From IMG/VR virus record IMGVR_UViG_3300048855_000163, positions 39-64,038 of that record: a stretch of 64,000 nucleotides of DNA. One strand, given 5' to 3'. Below the pieces are notes generated by a model that had not been told where the DNA came from, made no database searches, and saw only the letters and a program-made list of their open reading frames with translations. This document shows, one piece after another, positions 35,516 to 45,629 of the stretch. The position numbers were made by a program, and so were the translations under genes. How positions within the stretch are numbered: the first letter of the stretch is position 1; the number at the start of each line of letters is the position of its first letter. The stretch comes from a virus.

Positions 35516-36430
35516 ATGCCTATTAATCTCGCACAGATCAAGGATCTGCTGCTCCCCGGTCTGATGTCGGTCACGGGGAAGTACAAAGAGTGGCCGAAGA
35601 TCTATGACAAGATCTTCATCACCCGTAAGTCCACGATGCACACCGAGCGTAGCGCCGCCATGGCGTTCCTCGGGCTGGCTCAGATCAAGCAGGACGGCGG
35701 CCCCATCTCCTTCGACAACGGCGCGAAGGAAATGTACGTCTACAATTTCGAGCACATCGAAATTGCGCTGGGCTACGCGATCACGCGCCAGACCATCGAG
35801 GACAACCTCTACAAGTCCCAGTTCCAGCCGTCGAACCTCGGCCTGCAGAAGTCTTTCTTGCAGACCAAGGAGATGTTCGCGGCCAACATCTTCAACCTGG
35901 GACAGACCTACTCTCCGCAGGTCGGCGGCGACGGCAAGGCGCTCTTTGCCCCGGATCATCCGGTCGTGGGCGGCGCCTTCGCCAATATGCCGGTGGGTGC
36001 GCAGGTGGATCTCAACGAATCCTCGCTGCTCAACGCCCAGATCACCGTCCGGTCGACCTTCGTGGACAACCGCAATCTGCTCATCAACGCGGGGGCGCGC
36101 AAGCTGCTCATCCCGCCGCAGCTCGAGCCGGTTGCCGCGCGTCTCATGAAGACCGAGCTCCGTCCGGGCACTTCGGACAACGACGTGAATGTCATTCCGA
36201 TGGTGGCCGGCGGCATCAGCGATTATGTCGTTGACCCCTATCTCACCAGCCCGACCGCCTGGTTCGTGCTGACCGATGTCGATGGCCTTCTCTATCTCGA
36301 ACGGCGCCCGTTCGAGACCGATATGCAGGTCGACTTCATTACGAGCAACCTGCTCGTCCAGGGCTCCGAACGCTACACCTTCGGCTGCGAGGATCCTCGC
36401 GCGGCCTACGGTTCGTTCCCGACCGCTTGA
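35516..36430 (+). CDS. Major capsid protein
   Basis: LLPGL...H.E.ALGY.IT...EDNLY...GDG.ALF...HP...L.IP..L...W. Confidence 0.88.
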   Translation: MPINLAQIKDLLLPGLMSVTGKYKEWPKIYDKIFITRKSTMHTERSAAMAFLGLAQIKQDGGPISFDNGAKEMYVYNFEHIEIALGYAITRQTIEDNLYKSQFQPSNLGLQKSFLQTKEMFAANIFNLGQTYSPQVGGDGKALFAPDHPVVGGAFANMPVGAQVDLNESSLLNAQITVRSTFVDNRNLLINAGARKLLIPPQLEPVAARLMKTELRPGTSDNDVNVIPMVAGGISDYVVDPYLTSPTAWFVLTDVDGLLYLERRPFETDMQVDFITSNLLVQGSERYTFGCEDPRAAYGSFPTA

Positions 36431-36443
36431 TCGGAGATATCAC

Positions 36444-37352
36444 ATGACCGCAGCCCATTGGGCTGGGCCGGTTGTCGTCTTCGGCGAAGCGCCGTTTGGG
36501 GACAACAATGGGGATCGGGGGCCGTCGCTGTTTTATGCAGGCGGCGGCCTTCTCGACCCTCGGCAGCCCTTCACTTATGCCCCCGGCAGTGCGCGAGCGC
36601 CTCGCGGCTTTCTCGGGTTCACCAATATCCCTGTGGTGAGCGCAGCCCCTGCGGCTGCGACCGCCGCCGCCCTTGCCGCCGCGCAGGCCGGCACGGCCAA
36701 TACGCCGCTCAATCTCGTCACCGCCTCTGGCCCTGGCGTAACCGTCGGCGTCTCGACCACCAACGTCGCCACCGGACAGGCTGTCACGGGGCTGTGCGCG
36801 CTGGATTACAATCCGGCCGTCCCGGAGGTTATCCCCTTCGGACAGGGTTCCGCCCTCTGGAACCCGGCCGCTCTGCTCGCACGCAACGTGACGCTCACGT
36901 CGACGGGCAACAATGCGACCGTCGTCTTCACCGTGAAGGGCTATGACGTTTACGGCTATCCGATGGTGGAAACCATCACGGGCGTGAACGCCAATACCGT
37001 CGCGGGCAAGAAGGCATTCAAGTTCGTTGCGTCCGTGACGCCTTCGGCGAACACGGCGGCGAATGTGTCGGTCGGTATCGGGACCGTGTTCGGCTTCCCC
37101 ATGCTTGTTCCTCAGCGCGGCAACTTCTCCGTGGTCTGGAACAATGTCGTGGGCGGCGGCACGTTCGCCCCTGCCGATGTCACCAATCCGGCGACGGCCA
37201 CCACGGGCGATGTCCGTGGCACGCTCGACGTGACCGGTGGCGGTGGGACGGCTCCGAATGGCACGATCCTGCTGCAGATCTTCGTCACGCCCGATCCGAG
37301 CCAGCTCGTCAGCGTCGAAGGCCTCTTCGGCGTCGCGCAATACGCGGGGTAA
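36444..37352 (+). CDS. Virion structural protein
   Basis: ARNV......FTV.GYD.YG..M.E.I...GKKAFK...GFP. Confidence 0.7.
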   Translation: MTAAHWAGPVVVFGEAPFGDNNGDRGPSLFYAGGGLLDPRQPFTYAPGSARAPRGFLGFTNIPVVSAAPAAATAAALAAAQAGTANTPLNLVTASGPGVTVGVSTTNVATGQAVTGLCALDYNPAVPEVIPFGQGSALWNPAALLARNVTLTSTGNNATVVFTVKGYDVYGYPMVETITGVNANTVAGKKAFKFVASVTPSANTAANVSVGIGTVFGFPMLVPQRGNFSVVWNNVVGGGTFAPADVTNPATATTGDVRGTLDVTGGGGTAPNGTILLQIFVTPDPSQLVSVEGLFGVAQYAG

Positions 37353-37357
37353 TCACC

Positions 37358-37807
37358 ATGAAAGGCAAGCGTGGCCGCTATAGCTGCGGCGGCATGGCCG
37401 GTGGCACGCGCGATAGCGTGATGCAGGAGGCCCATGGTCGGAAGAAGGGCGGTCGGGTCAAGGCCGAGATGAAGGCCGAAGGCGGCAAGTCCCGCCTTCG
37501 TCTCGATCGTCCCGGCCGCAAGCGTGGTGGGCGTGTCGGCGCGGATCTCGCGCCGCTCTCGTCCGCTGCCAAGAGCACGGAACCGTCCGACCAGGAAGAC
37601 GACCGAGGCGCCTACGCCTCCGGTGGGCGCGCCAAGAACTGGATCAAGGGTGCCATCAAGCATCCGGGAGCCCTGCACAAGTCTCTTGGCGTTCCCGAGG
37701 GTGAGAGGATCCCCGCGAAGAAGCTCGATAAAGCGGCGCATTCGGATAACCCGAAGTTGGCGCGCCGCGCTCGGCTTGCTGAGACCCTGAAGGGCCTCGG
37801 CAAGTAG
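37358..37807 (+). CDS. Basic virion-associated protein with repeated xxGG motifs
   Basis: RKKGGRV, RKRGGRV, YASGGR; WIKGAIKHPGALH..LGVP.G..IP..KL. Confidence 0.75.
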   Translation: MKGKRGRYSCGGMAGGTRDSVMQEAHGRKKGGRVKAEMKAEGGKSRLRLDRPGRKRGGRVGADLAPLSSAAKSTEPSDQEDDRGAYASGGRAKNWIKGAIKHPGALHKSLGVPEGERIPAKKLDKAAHSDNPKLARRARLAETLKGLGK

Positions 37808-37947
37808 CCCGCCAAGACGGGCGTTCAAGAACGAAGCTTCCCCCTCTCCACACTTAGCAGGGGCTACGGCCCCTGCTTCTTTCCTGGGCCGCACCAACAA
37901 GAAGAACAGGACCCGCCATGTCCGTACCGAGAAAAGCCTAAATCGAT

Positions 37948-39042
37948 GTGGTGGCTGCGCCGATCGAGCCGCCTGGATATATTCCCGTTGGCCCGAATGG
38001 CGCGGGACCTGGGCAGCCCGGCGGCCCCATTATGAGCGACCCGAACGGGGGCGGCATTGCCGGTACCGTTTCGATCGGCGGCAACAGCGTCACGACGCCG
38101 ATGTCGGTCGGAACGACGACCGCACAGCCCGTCAATTTCATCACGAATAACGCCATCCGGTTTACCCTCGACACAACCGGCAATGTCTTGGCGTCCTCGG
38201 CTGGCGCCTTTGGCTGGTCCTCCCGCGCCAAGATCACGTCCCCGGCGGATGGACAGGTCCTCCTCACGAATGCCGCGGGCAACAGCTTCGACACGCTGTT
38301 CTTCGGCTCCGCGACCGGCACCACGAGCCCGATGCTCAAGGTGGTGCAAGACCAGCTCTATCTTGAGGTGGCGGACAGCAGCCGGTTGACCGCGTTCAAT
38401 GCGCAGGCATTCCTGCAAGGCTTCCTGATGCCGCGATCCGGCGGCATTGCAAGCCCCGAATACACGTCGTTCACATACGACCAGGCTGGCATGACGTTTA
38501 CCAGTAATGCGACGCTCAGCTTCGTTTTCAACAAGGCCGAGTGGGTTCGCTTCGACGCCACCAACGCTGGCCAGTCGGAGCTTCTCCTCCACCAGGACAT
38601 GAGGCTGCTCTGGGGCACGAGCGGCATGGACACGGCGACCCTCGGGATTATGCCAGGGCCCAATAACGGCCTGCTGTTCCTGGGCGACCATATCTTCTCG
38701 ACGAAGTTCATGACGTCCGGCGAAGGCGGGTCCAGCGGTTACACGTTCGAATCAGGGCCGCAGATCATCTCGGATGCCGACGGCGTCATTCGCTTCCTGA
38801 ACAATGCCGGCACGGACTTCGGGCGACTGGAATTCGGCGGCAAAACGAACGCCTTCCCTGCGCTCAAGCGCAATGCTGCTGGGCTTCAGGTCCGGCTTGC
38901 CGACGACAGCAATTTCGCAGTGGTCCAGGGCATCTTGCAGACGGATGCCAATGCCGTCGCAGAGACCCCGACCGCAACCCACACCCTGACCCTCCGCGAT
39001 GCCAGCGGCACCGCCTACAAGGTTTTGGCTCTCGCCGCATGA
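37948..39042 (+). CDS. Fibre-like structural protein
   Basis: Gly/Thr/Asn-rich; FPALKR...LQVRLADDS; upstream in-frame ATG 37918 blocked by TAA. Confidence 0.7.
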   Translation: MVAAPIEPPGYIPVGPNGAGPGQPGGPIMSDPNGGGIAGTVSIGGNSVTTPMSVGTTTAQPVNFITNNAIRFTLDTTGNVLASSAGAFGWSSRAKITSPADGQVLLTNAAGNSFDTLFFGSATGTTSPMLKVVQDQLYLEVADSSRLTAFNAQAFLQGFLMPRSGGIASPEYTSFTYDQAGMTFTSNATLSFVFNKAEWVRFDATNAGQSELLLHQDMRLLWGTSGMDTATLGIMPGPNNGLLFLGDHIFSTKFMTSGEGGSSGYTFESGPQIISDADGVIRFLNNAGTDFGRLEFGGKTNAFPALKRNAAGLQVRLADDSNFAVVQGILQTDANAVAETPTATHTLTLRDASGTAYKVLALAA

Positions 39043-39236
39043 CTCCTGAAGCAACTTTCACTCTCAATCTCGGTCAGCGCGAGGTGCTGCTGATCGGCTC
39101 GGCGATCGATGTGGCACAGCGTGCGCTGGCCGATCTCGCGCTCAATCTCCAGACGCAGGCGAACGCCCAGCTTGCCGCTCAGACGGCCGCGCCCGCAGCG
39201 CCAGAGCCTAGCCCCGCCGACCCCAAGGCACAGTGA
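39039..39236 (+). CDS. Small coiled-coil protein
   Basis: ATGA overlap. Confidence 0.6.
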   Translation: MTPEATFTLNLGQREVLLIGSAIDVAQRALADLALNLQTQANAQLAAQTAAPAAPEPSPADPKAQ

Positions 39237-39246
39237 GAACAAGAAC

Positions 39247-39582
39247 ATGGCCGGTCCTTTAGCCACATACGCCACGATATCGGCGGCGGGCACCTATGGT
39301 CCGTATAATCTCGACTCCTCCATCTGCCCGATGAACGCGACGCTCGGCGTCTTTCTGACGGGCGGGACCGCGACCTATGGCGTTCAATACACGCTCGATG
39401 ACCTGCCGAATGTTTTGCCGGCCAATGTGCGCTGGTTCGACGATGCCAATCTCCCGGCCGGCCAGACCGCATCGGGCGTGACCAACTACATGTTTCCGGT
39501 TACGGGCGTGCGGCTCGTCGTGACGGCGCTTGCTGGCGGAACTCTGGAGCTAAAGATCCTCCAGGGCTTTTCGACGAACTGA
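39247..39582 (+). CDS. Structural beta-strand protein
   Basis: ATYGVQYTLDD...WF...PVTGVRL. Confidence 0.7.
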   Translation: MAGPLATYATISAAGTYGPYNLDSSICPMNATLGVFLTGGTATYGVQYTLDDLPNVLPANVRWFDDANLPAGQTASGVTNYMFPVTGVRLVVTALAGGTLELKILQGFSTN

Positions 39583-39594
39583 GGGGGATCGACC

Positions 39595-40137
39595 ATGTCA
39601 GGTGGCGTTTCCCTCGCGGGCGATGGCGTCAATCTCGTTCCGGCGAGTTCCTCGGCAACCCCTTCGGGGCCGGCCGGCGGCGACCTCACGGGGACATATC
39701 CCAATCCAGATCTCAAGTTTGGCGGGATCGGGGATGCGGCTGGACCGCTGGATGCATCGCAGAAGATTCCTTCGTCCCAGATCCCGGATCCGTCGACGTT
39801 CGGGGGCGTGAAGGCCGTCACCACGGCCAATATCGTCTATGGCACCGGTGCCGCCGGCGTGGTGGCAACCTACGCGCTCGGTCAAACGTCAGCCCAGCCT
39901 AATACGGTTGCCCAGCGGGACTCGGCTGGCGCCATCCAAACCGCCGAGCCCACTCAGGCGGGGCATGCGACCACCAAAGGCTATGTGGACACGGCGGATA
40001 ACCGCACGCCGACCAATACCGTCCGCGGTGGCGTGCTCCAGCAGGCCGCAATTGCCGATTTGACGGCTGCACCGACGCAGCAGGACTTCAACGGACTGCT
40101 TGCCGCTCTCCGCGCCGCCGGCCTGTTGGCAGCCTGA
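39595..40137 (+). CDS. Head fibre-like protein
   Basis: RGGVLQQAAIADL...DFN.LLAALRAAGLLA. Confidence 0.7.
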   Translation: MSGGVSLAGDGVNLVPASSSATPSGPAGGDLTGTYPNPDLKFGGIGDAAGPLDASQKIPSSQIPDPSTFGGVKAVTTANIVYGTGAAGVVATYALGQTSAQPNTVAQRDSAGAIQTAEPTQAGHATTKGYVDTADNRTPTNTVRGGVLQQAAIADLTAAPTQQDFNGLLAALRAAGLLAA

Positions 40138-40139
40138 TC

Positions 40140-40838
40140 ATGGCCACGTCCGGCACCTATGATTTCAACCCCTCGTTCGGGGGCCTGCTGACCGGCGCCT
40201 TGGCGCGTTGCGGCATCAGACGCACGTCCATCCTGCAAGAGCATCTTCAGGACGGCGCGACGGAAGCCAATCTCCTCCTGTCGCGGTGGTCGAACAAGGG
40301 GCCGACGCTCTGGACGATCGATCTCCTGCAGATCGCGCTCGTGGCGGGGCAGGCGAGCTACACGCTCCCTGAAAGCGTAATCATGGTGACGGATGCCTAT
40401 ATCCGCACCTATCCGGGACAGGACAGCAATCCGACGGATCGCGTGATCACGCCGCTCTCGCGGACGGAATATGCGTCTCTGCCGAACAAGGACCAGATCG
40501 GCTATCCGACGACATTCTGGTTCGATCGCCAGATCGCGCCGGTGACGACGCTGTGGGAAGTCCCCGACGACAGCCAACCCTACACGCTCTGCCTCTACTA
40601 CTGGCGGCAGGTGCAGGATGCGGGGCTGGCCGGCGGCATGAACATCGATCTCCCGTATCGCTGGCTCGATGCCTTTGTCGCGGAACTCGCCGTGCGCCTG
40701 GCGCGGATCTATGCGCCGGATCGTCTGCTCGAGCTGAAGGCGGAAGCCAAGGAAGCCTGGGACGACGTGTCCACGCAGGACACGGAGGATGTCGACACGT
40801 ACATCTTCCCCGGCCTGCAATCGTACTATCGGATCTGA
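40140..40838 (+). CDS. Head-tail connector/adaptor-like protein
   Basis: MATSGTY.F...A..RCG...NL....W.N.G..LW...Y..LPNK...G.P. Confidence 0.75.
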   Translation: MATSGTYDFNPSFGGLLTGALARCGIRRTSILQEHLQDGATEANLLLSRWSNKGPTLWTIDLLQIALVAGQASYTLPESVIMVTDAYIRTYPGQDSNPTDRVITPLSRTEYASLPNKDQIGYPTTFWFDRQIAPVTTLWEVPDDSQPYTLCLYYWRQVQDAGLAGGMNIDLPYRWLDAFVAELAVRLARIYAPDRLLELKAEAKEAWDDVSTQDTEDVDTYIFPGLQSYYRI

Positions 40839-40842
40839 CCCC

Positions 40843-41181
40843 ATGGGCTACGGAAAGACGGGACACGCCCGCGTCAACGCGCGGCGGCCGGAAGCCTTTG
40901 GCACATGCGACCGGTGCGGCTTCATCTGGAATCTCAACCGGCTCAACTGGCAGACGGAATGGACAGGCGAAAAGATCACCAATCTGCGCCTTCTCGTCTG
41001 CAAGAACTGCCTCGATGAACCGCAGCCACAGCTCAAGTCCGTCATCCTGCCGCCCGATCCGAGGCCGGTGAACAATCCCCGGCCGTTCGACTACGACCAA
41101 GCCAACAACACCTACCGCATCACGCAAGAGCCTGACGACCGCATCGTTCAGGACGGCCGCCTGCGAGTGACGGAAGAATAA
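40843..41181 (+). CDS. Conserved Zn-finger structural-module protein
   Basis: CDRCGF...LLVCKNCLD.PQPQL. Confidence 0.75.
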   Translation: MGYGKTGHARVNARRPEAFGTCDRCGFIWNLNRLNWQTEWTGEKITNLRLLVCKNCLDEPQPQLKSVILPPDPRPVNNPRPFDYDQANNTYRITQEPDDRIVQDGRLRVTEE

Positions 41182-41187
41182 GAAACG

Positions 41188-43074
41188 ATGGCGAAAGTCA
41201 GAATACCGGATCTGCCCCCGAATGTCGGGCTCAGCGGTGGCGAGCTATTCGAGATCGCGCGGCCGAACACGCCGACGCCCGATCCGAGTAATCCGAACGA
41301 CTGGACCTCGAACAGGCTCCTGCTGACCGATATCGTCGGCTATACGGGCACGCGGCTGTCGGCGCAATTTGTCCCGACGTCGCGGGCAATTCTGACGCCG
41401 AACGGCGGCGGTTTGAGTGGCGGCGGCGCTCTGTCGGCTGACATCAGCCTTATGCTCGATGTCGGCAATCTGAATGATCTCGTCACCGCTCCGGAGGTGG
41501 CCGACATCCTGCCGGTGAAGAGCACGGCGCTCGGCACGACGGTCAAGACGACTGTCGCCAACTTCTTCCGTGGCGTGTTCGGGCTCACGTCCAAGACGCC
41601 GCTCAACGCCGACACCGATTACCTGCTCGTCTACGACAGCGCGGCGGCTGAGGCGGTCAAGACGCCGGTGTCATCGATCACGGCCGCGGTTGCGGGCCTG
41701 CCGGCCGGCGGCGCGACAGGTCAGGTCCTGCAGAAGAACAGCGGGAGCAATTACGATACAGGCTGGGTGACGGCTGCCCTGCAAGGGGATGTGGCCGGCT
41801 CGGGGCAATTCCCGATGGCCACGACGATTCAGTCGCATGCGGTCACCTTTGCCAAGTTCCAGCAGATTCCCGCCACGACTCTCATCGCCAATCCGACGGG
41901 ATCTGTCGCCGAAGCCCAGGCCGTCACGCTCGGATCGTCGCTGGCGTTCTCCGGCACGACCCTGACCATTGCCAGCAATGGCGTCACCTACGGCCAGATG
42001 CAGCAGGTGGGCGCCGCGAAGCTGCTCGGCAATCCGGCAGCAGCGGCCTCCAACGCGAGCGAAATCTCTCTCGGGGCCACGCTGGCCTTCAGCGGCTCTG
42101 CATTGCAGACGGAAGCCCTCACCGGCGATGTGACGACGGCCGCCAACAGCTTCGTCACGGCCATCGCGCCGCATGCGGTGACGAACGCCAAGCTGGCGCA
42201 AATGCCGGCCGGTACCGTCAAGGCCAACGTCACAGGTGCCGCGGCCAATCCGACCGACGCCACGCCGTCGCAGGTCCTTGATGTCATCGGCAACACCCGC
42301 GGGTCAGTCATCTATCGCGGCGCGTCCGGCTGGTCGATGCTGACGCCCGGCACGTCAGGGCAGGTGCTCACGACGCAGGGCTCTGGTGCTGATCCGGCAT
42401 GGACGGCGACAGGCACGGGTAACGTGACAGGCCCCAATGGCGGCGTCGCAGTCGGCGAGGCTCCGGTTTTCGCCAATACCACGGGCCTTCTCCTGACGGG
42501 ATCGGGCAAGAAAATCGCCGATTTGGTCGCCGGTCCGACTGTCGCCGTGGCCGGGCAACCGGTGGTCTTCGCTGATGCCACGGGTAAGGCCGTCAAGGCC
42601 GCTCCTTCTGGGGCGGTCGTTCAGTCAGCATATGCCGAAATGGCAAACTATTTCTCGACGACGGCTGTCATTCCGATCGACAATACGCCGCCCCAAATCT
42701 CCGAGGGGCTCCAGATAGTCACGCTCTCCATAACGCCCGTGGCGGTGGGTAATCGGCTGAGGGTGAGGGCATCATTGCTCGTCAGTAGCGCTGCCGTTTC
42801 GCCCCCAGTGAACGTGGTTAGCGTGGCCCTTTTTATTGGCTCCGGCCCCGATGCGGTGGCAGCGACGGCGCTTTGGAACACAAACCAAATTATCGCTCCA
42901 ACGATCATTGAGGCGGAGGTGGCGATCTCTTCAGCGAGTCCGATCAGCATCCAAGTACGGGCCGGCACAAATAATGCTTCCATGCCCATTTATATCAACG
43001 GGAATCCGACTGCTGGACTCTATGGCCCGGGTACAACGAAGGCGGTATTGATCGCCGAGGAGATCTTGGCATGA
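41188..43074 (+). CDS. Tail fibre protein
   Basis: Repeated AVT.AK..Q.....L.GN units; GQVL motifs; C-terminal beta domain. Confidence 0.75.
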   Translation: MAKVRIPDLPPNVGLSGGELFEIARPNTPTPDPSNPNDWTSNRLLLTDIVGYTGTRLSAQFVPTSRAILTPNGGGLSGGGALSADISLMLDVGNLNDLVTAPEVADILPVKSTALGTTVKTTVANFFRGVFGLTSKTPLNADTDYLLVYDSAAAEAVKTPVSSITAAVAGLPAGGATGQVLQKNSGSNYDTGWVTAALQGDVAGSGQFPMATTIQSHAVTFAKFQQIPATTLIANPTGSVAEAQAVTLGSSLAFSGTTLTIASNGVTYGQMQQVGAAKLLGNPAAAASNASEISLGATLAFSGSALQTEALTGDVTTAANSFVTAIAPHAVTNAKLAQMPAGTVKANVTGAAANPTDATPSQVLDVIGNTRGSVIYRGASGWSMLTPGTSGQVLTTQGSGADPAWTATGTGNVTGPNGGVAVGEAPVFANTTGLLLTGSGKKIADLVAGPTVAVAGQPVVFADATGKAVKAAPSGAVVQSAYAEMANYFSTTAVIPIDNTPPQISEGLQIVTLSITPVAVGNRLRVRASLLVSSAAVSPPVNVVSVALFIGSGPDAVAATALWNTNQIIAPTIIEAEVAISSASPISIQVRAGTNNASMPIYINGNPTAGLYGPGTTKAVLIAEEILA

Positions 43075-43349
43075 ATTACACCATCACTTCCGCGGAATAT
43101 GCAGCAGCAGACAACAAATCAGCGATCGTCTATACGATCGAAAACGGCGCCATGTTCGTCGCAGACTATATGCCTGAATGGGATTGGTTGATGGACTGGG
43201 TTGCTGCAGGACATTCCATTTCAGCATATTCGCCTCCACCGCCTCCGCCGCCGCCCCTCACGCTCGCACAGCAGCTTGTGAGCGGCCTGCAGAATTCACC
43301 AGATGATCTGGCTGCCCTTAAGTCCGTCTTGGGTATCGGCGCGCCGTAG
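43071..43349 (+). CDS. Fibre-associated small protein
   Basis: Follows the fibre with ATGA overlap; W.A.G..I..Y.PP. Confidence 0.65.
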   Translation: MNYTITSAEYAAADNKSAIVYTIENGAMFVADYMPEWDWLMDWVAAGHSISAYSPPPPPPPPLTLAQQLVSGLQNSPDDLAALKSVLGIGAP

Positions 43350-43401
43350 TACGATCCGTAGGGAGCGCCCGTTGGCGGCCTTGCGGAGCGGGGCTGTCTG
43401 A

Positions 43402-44289
43402 TTATCGCGCGGTCCGCTCCGACAGTTGAATAGCCAAGTTGGAGGCTATGAGCTCTCCTACCACCGCAGCGCCTGTGGCGTTTAGGTGAAAGCTATCGTA
43501 AAATAGATTTCCGGACCCTATTTGCTCGGCGTCTATGAGTGGCAACAAAAGAGCCGCGGATGTAGATCGTGTAGCTCCATTCGAGAGCCTGCGCACTTCA
43601 ACGTTTCGTTCGTGCATATCCTTGGTGTGATGCTTTGAGGTAAAGGCATCATACTCCTCACGATGGGCTGTAGTGGCAAGGATCAGGTGTATTCCAAATG
43701 CCCTCGCAGCCTGAGCGAACAGCGTCAAAATTCGTTGTTTGTCGGCACCGGTGGGCTCTCTTTGCTCCGATCCCGCATCAGCCGAAGGGTCATCAAGCGT
43801 CGTGACCCACGGGTCTCCTGTCCAAAAGCTCCGCACATCCGTCATGGCGAAAGTGTCCATAATATTGGACATTAGGACGACCATGCGTGGGCGCATTGGA
43901 ATGATCTTGTTAAGGAACACGTTAAGAAGTGCCAGGGTCGTCGCCCCCGTCACTCCCGCGTTGAGGACGTTGACGCGATAGCCCGCTTCGCGGAGTCGCG
44001 ACTGGATGACCGGGCACAAACGCCCATCTTCGTCGACGAACAGACATTCCACTATGCTGTCGCCAAGAACGACAATGTTATCGGCGCCCTCAATCCTATC
44101 GCCGCCGACCATGAATCCGTCAACATCGGTTCGGAAACGGTAGGGCTTTGCGATAAGCGAGCCATCACACTTCGCCAAGTAATCTGGGGTAGGGCATATT
44201 TCCTCGTTCGTGAGCCGAGGAGCCTCTTTAAGCTTGATCTTACGCTGAACCATCGGTGCGGATGCGGGCTGCTCTATTGTCGCTGTCAT
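43402..44289 (-). CDS. SGNH/GDSL hydrolase moron
   Basis: VLGDS, NAGVTG, MSNIMD and DSFH blocks; lower GC; opposite strand. Confidence 0.85.
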   Translation of the reverse strand: MTATIEQPASAPMVQRKIKLKEAPRLTNEEICPTPDYLAKCDGSLIAKPYRFRTDVDGFMVGGDRIEGADNIVVLGDSIVECLFVDEDGRLCPVIQSRLREAGYRVNVLNAGVTGATTLALLNVFLNKIIPMRPRMVVLMSNIMDTFAMTDVRSFWTGDPWVTTLDDPSADAGSEQREPTGADKQRILTLFAQAARAFGIHLILATTAHREEYDAFTSKHHTKDMHERNVEVRRLSNGATRSTSAALLLPLIDAEQIGSGNLFYDSFHLNATGAAVVGELIASNLAIQLSERTAR

Positions 44290-44396
44290 TGTGACGACCT
44301 GAAGGTACGCGTGACCATATTCATGTGGGGCTCCCCGAACCGGCACAGCGATAACACAAACCACCGCTCGTAGACAGAGATCCTGACACCCCTTTG

Positions 44397-44424
44397 GGCC
44401 ACCTTCGGGCGGCCTTTTTATTGG
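44397..44424 (+). terminator. Rho-independent terminator-like hairpin
   Basis: GGCCACC-TTCG-GGCGGCC followed by a T-run; related hairpins near 45592 and 59392. Confidence 0.65.
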
Positions 44425-44431
44425 GACCACC

Positions 44432-45301
44432 ATGACAAGCACTTTCACCCCCGCCAAGGGATATGAGCTTCCTGCGCGTGGCGATTACGTCGACACGTGG
44501 GACAATCCGCTCAACAAGAACCTCACGACGATTGACCAGAATCTTGGTGGCGTGCTCGGCCTTACCGTCAGTGGCGCCAGTAGAACGCTGACCCCCGCCG
44601 AGGCTGAAAATCTCTGGATCAGTGCGAGCGGCGCACTGACGCAGAACTTCGTGGTGCTTCTGCCGAATACGGTCTGCGGGATCTGGGTCGTCTCAAACAA
44701 CACAACTGGTAGCTTCTCATTCACTCTGCGTTACGCGTCTGGAGGGCAGAGCCTATCCGTCCCACAAGGGTCAAGCTGCGTTATTGCCGGGGATAAGACG
44801 AATATCGCCTTGATAGGGGGGACTGCCTTTCTCCCGAGGAGCGGAGGACAGCTCACCGGCGATTTGTCCATCGCTAAGAGTGGCGCAACTCTAAATCTGT
44901 TCGATCCCGGCGTGACCAACTGGAAGATGAGCACCAATCCTGGTGGTGTGATTACATTTTGGAACGGGGACAACGGACAAATTTATCAGGCGTTCTACCC
45001 TGGCGGCCCGATCAGCACGCAACAGTTGGGTGACCTCAAAACCTACATTGACAACACGGCCAACGGTGCTGCGCAGGGGGTGCAAGCAGTCGTCGTAGAT
45101 TATGTCAACAACACCTTCGTGCGCAGCGTGCGCCGTGGCGGCGAACAGCAATTGACCGGCCAGCCCCTGCAGCTCACTCCGGATGTCCCGGGTTGCTATG
45201 TCACGCGCGCTGCAACGAACAGTGGCAACGCGATCACCGTCGTAGTCCGCGCCTGCCAGATCAACATCAACGGCAACTGGTTCACGATAGGTGACGGCTG
45301 A
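44432..45301 (+). CDS. Second tail fibre/spike protein
   Basis: TW...LN.NL..ID..LGG...G.LT....V..P.....W.V.NNT.G. Confidence 0.7.
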   Translation: MTSTFTPAKGYELPARGDYVDTWDNPLNKNLTTIDQNLGGVLGLTVSGASRTLTPAEAENLWISASGALTQNFVVLLPNTVCGIWVVSNNTTGSFSFTLRYASGGQSLSVPQGSSCVIAGDKTNIALIGGTAFLPRSGGQLTGDLSIAKSGATLNLFDPGVTNWKMSTNPGGVITFWNGDNGQIYQAFYPGGPISTQQLGDLKTYIDNTANGAAQGVQAVVVDYVNNTFVRSVRRGGEQQLTGQPLQLTPDVPGCYVTRAATNSGNAITVVVRACQININGNWFTIGDG

Positions 45302-45564
45302 TGATCGATCACGGCACATTCACGCTCTACCAGCCAGACGAGGACAGCCCCTTCTTCGCGCTCTCACAGACGGCGACGCCGGTTCTCTTCTGCCGCAATG
45401 AACAGGGCGTCGATTGGTACACGATCGTGCAGTCGGCAAAACCCGGCTCAAGGTGGCAACTCGTCGATGCGGGCGGCAACGTCTGCGCCAACGAAACCGA
45501 TCCGAGCAAGCTCTGGCCTCTGCCCGGCCTCAACGTCCGGGTGATCGAGATCCCCGGCGACTGA
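45301..45564 (+). CDS. Fibre assembly-like small protein
   Basis: F..Y.P....LF...E.G.DWY...D.SKL.P. Confidence 0.65.
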   Translation: MIDHGTFTLYQPDEDSPFFALSQTATPVLFCRNEQGVDWYTIVQSAKPGSRWQLVDAGGNVCANETDPSKLWPLPGLNVRVIEIPGD

Positions 45565-45629
45565 CCGCCTGAATCACACTTCGTCCGCCACGGCCGCCTT
45601 TGGGCGGCTTTTTATTGGGTGCGGCCCTC

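Noticed and set aside
41188-45564. Diversity-generating retroelement or invertible fibre cassette
   Set aside because: No reverse transcriptase, invertase or template/variable repeat pair recognised
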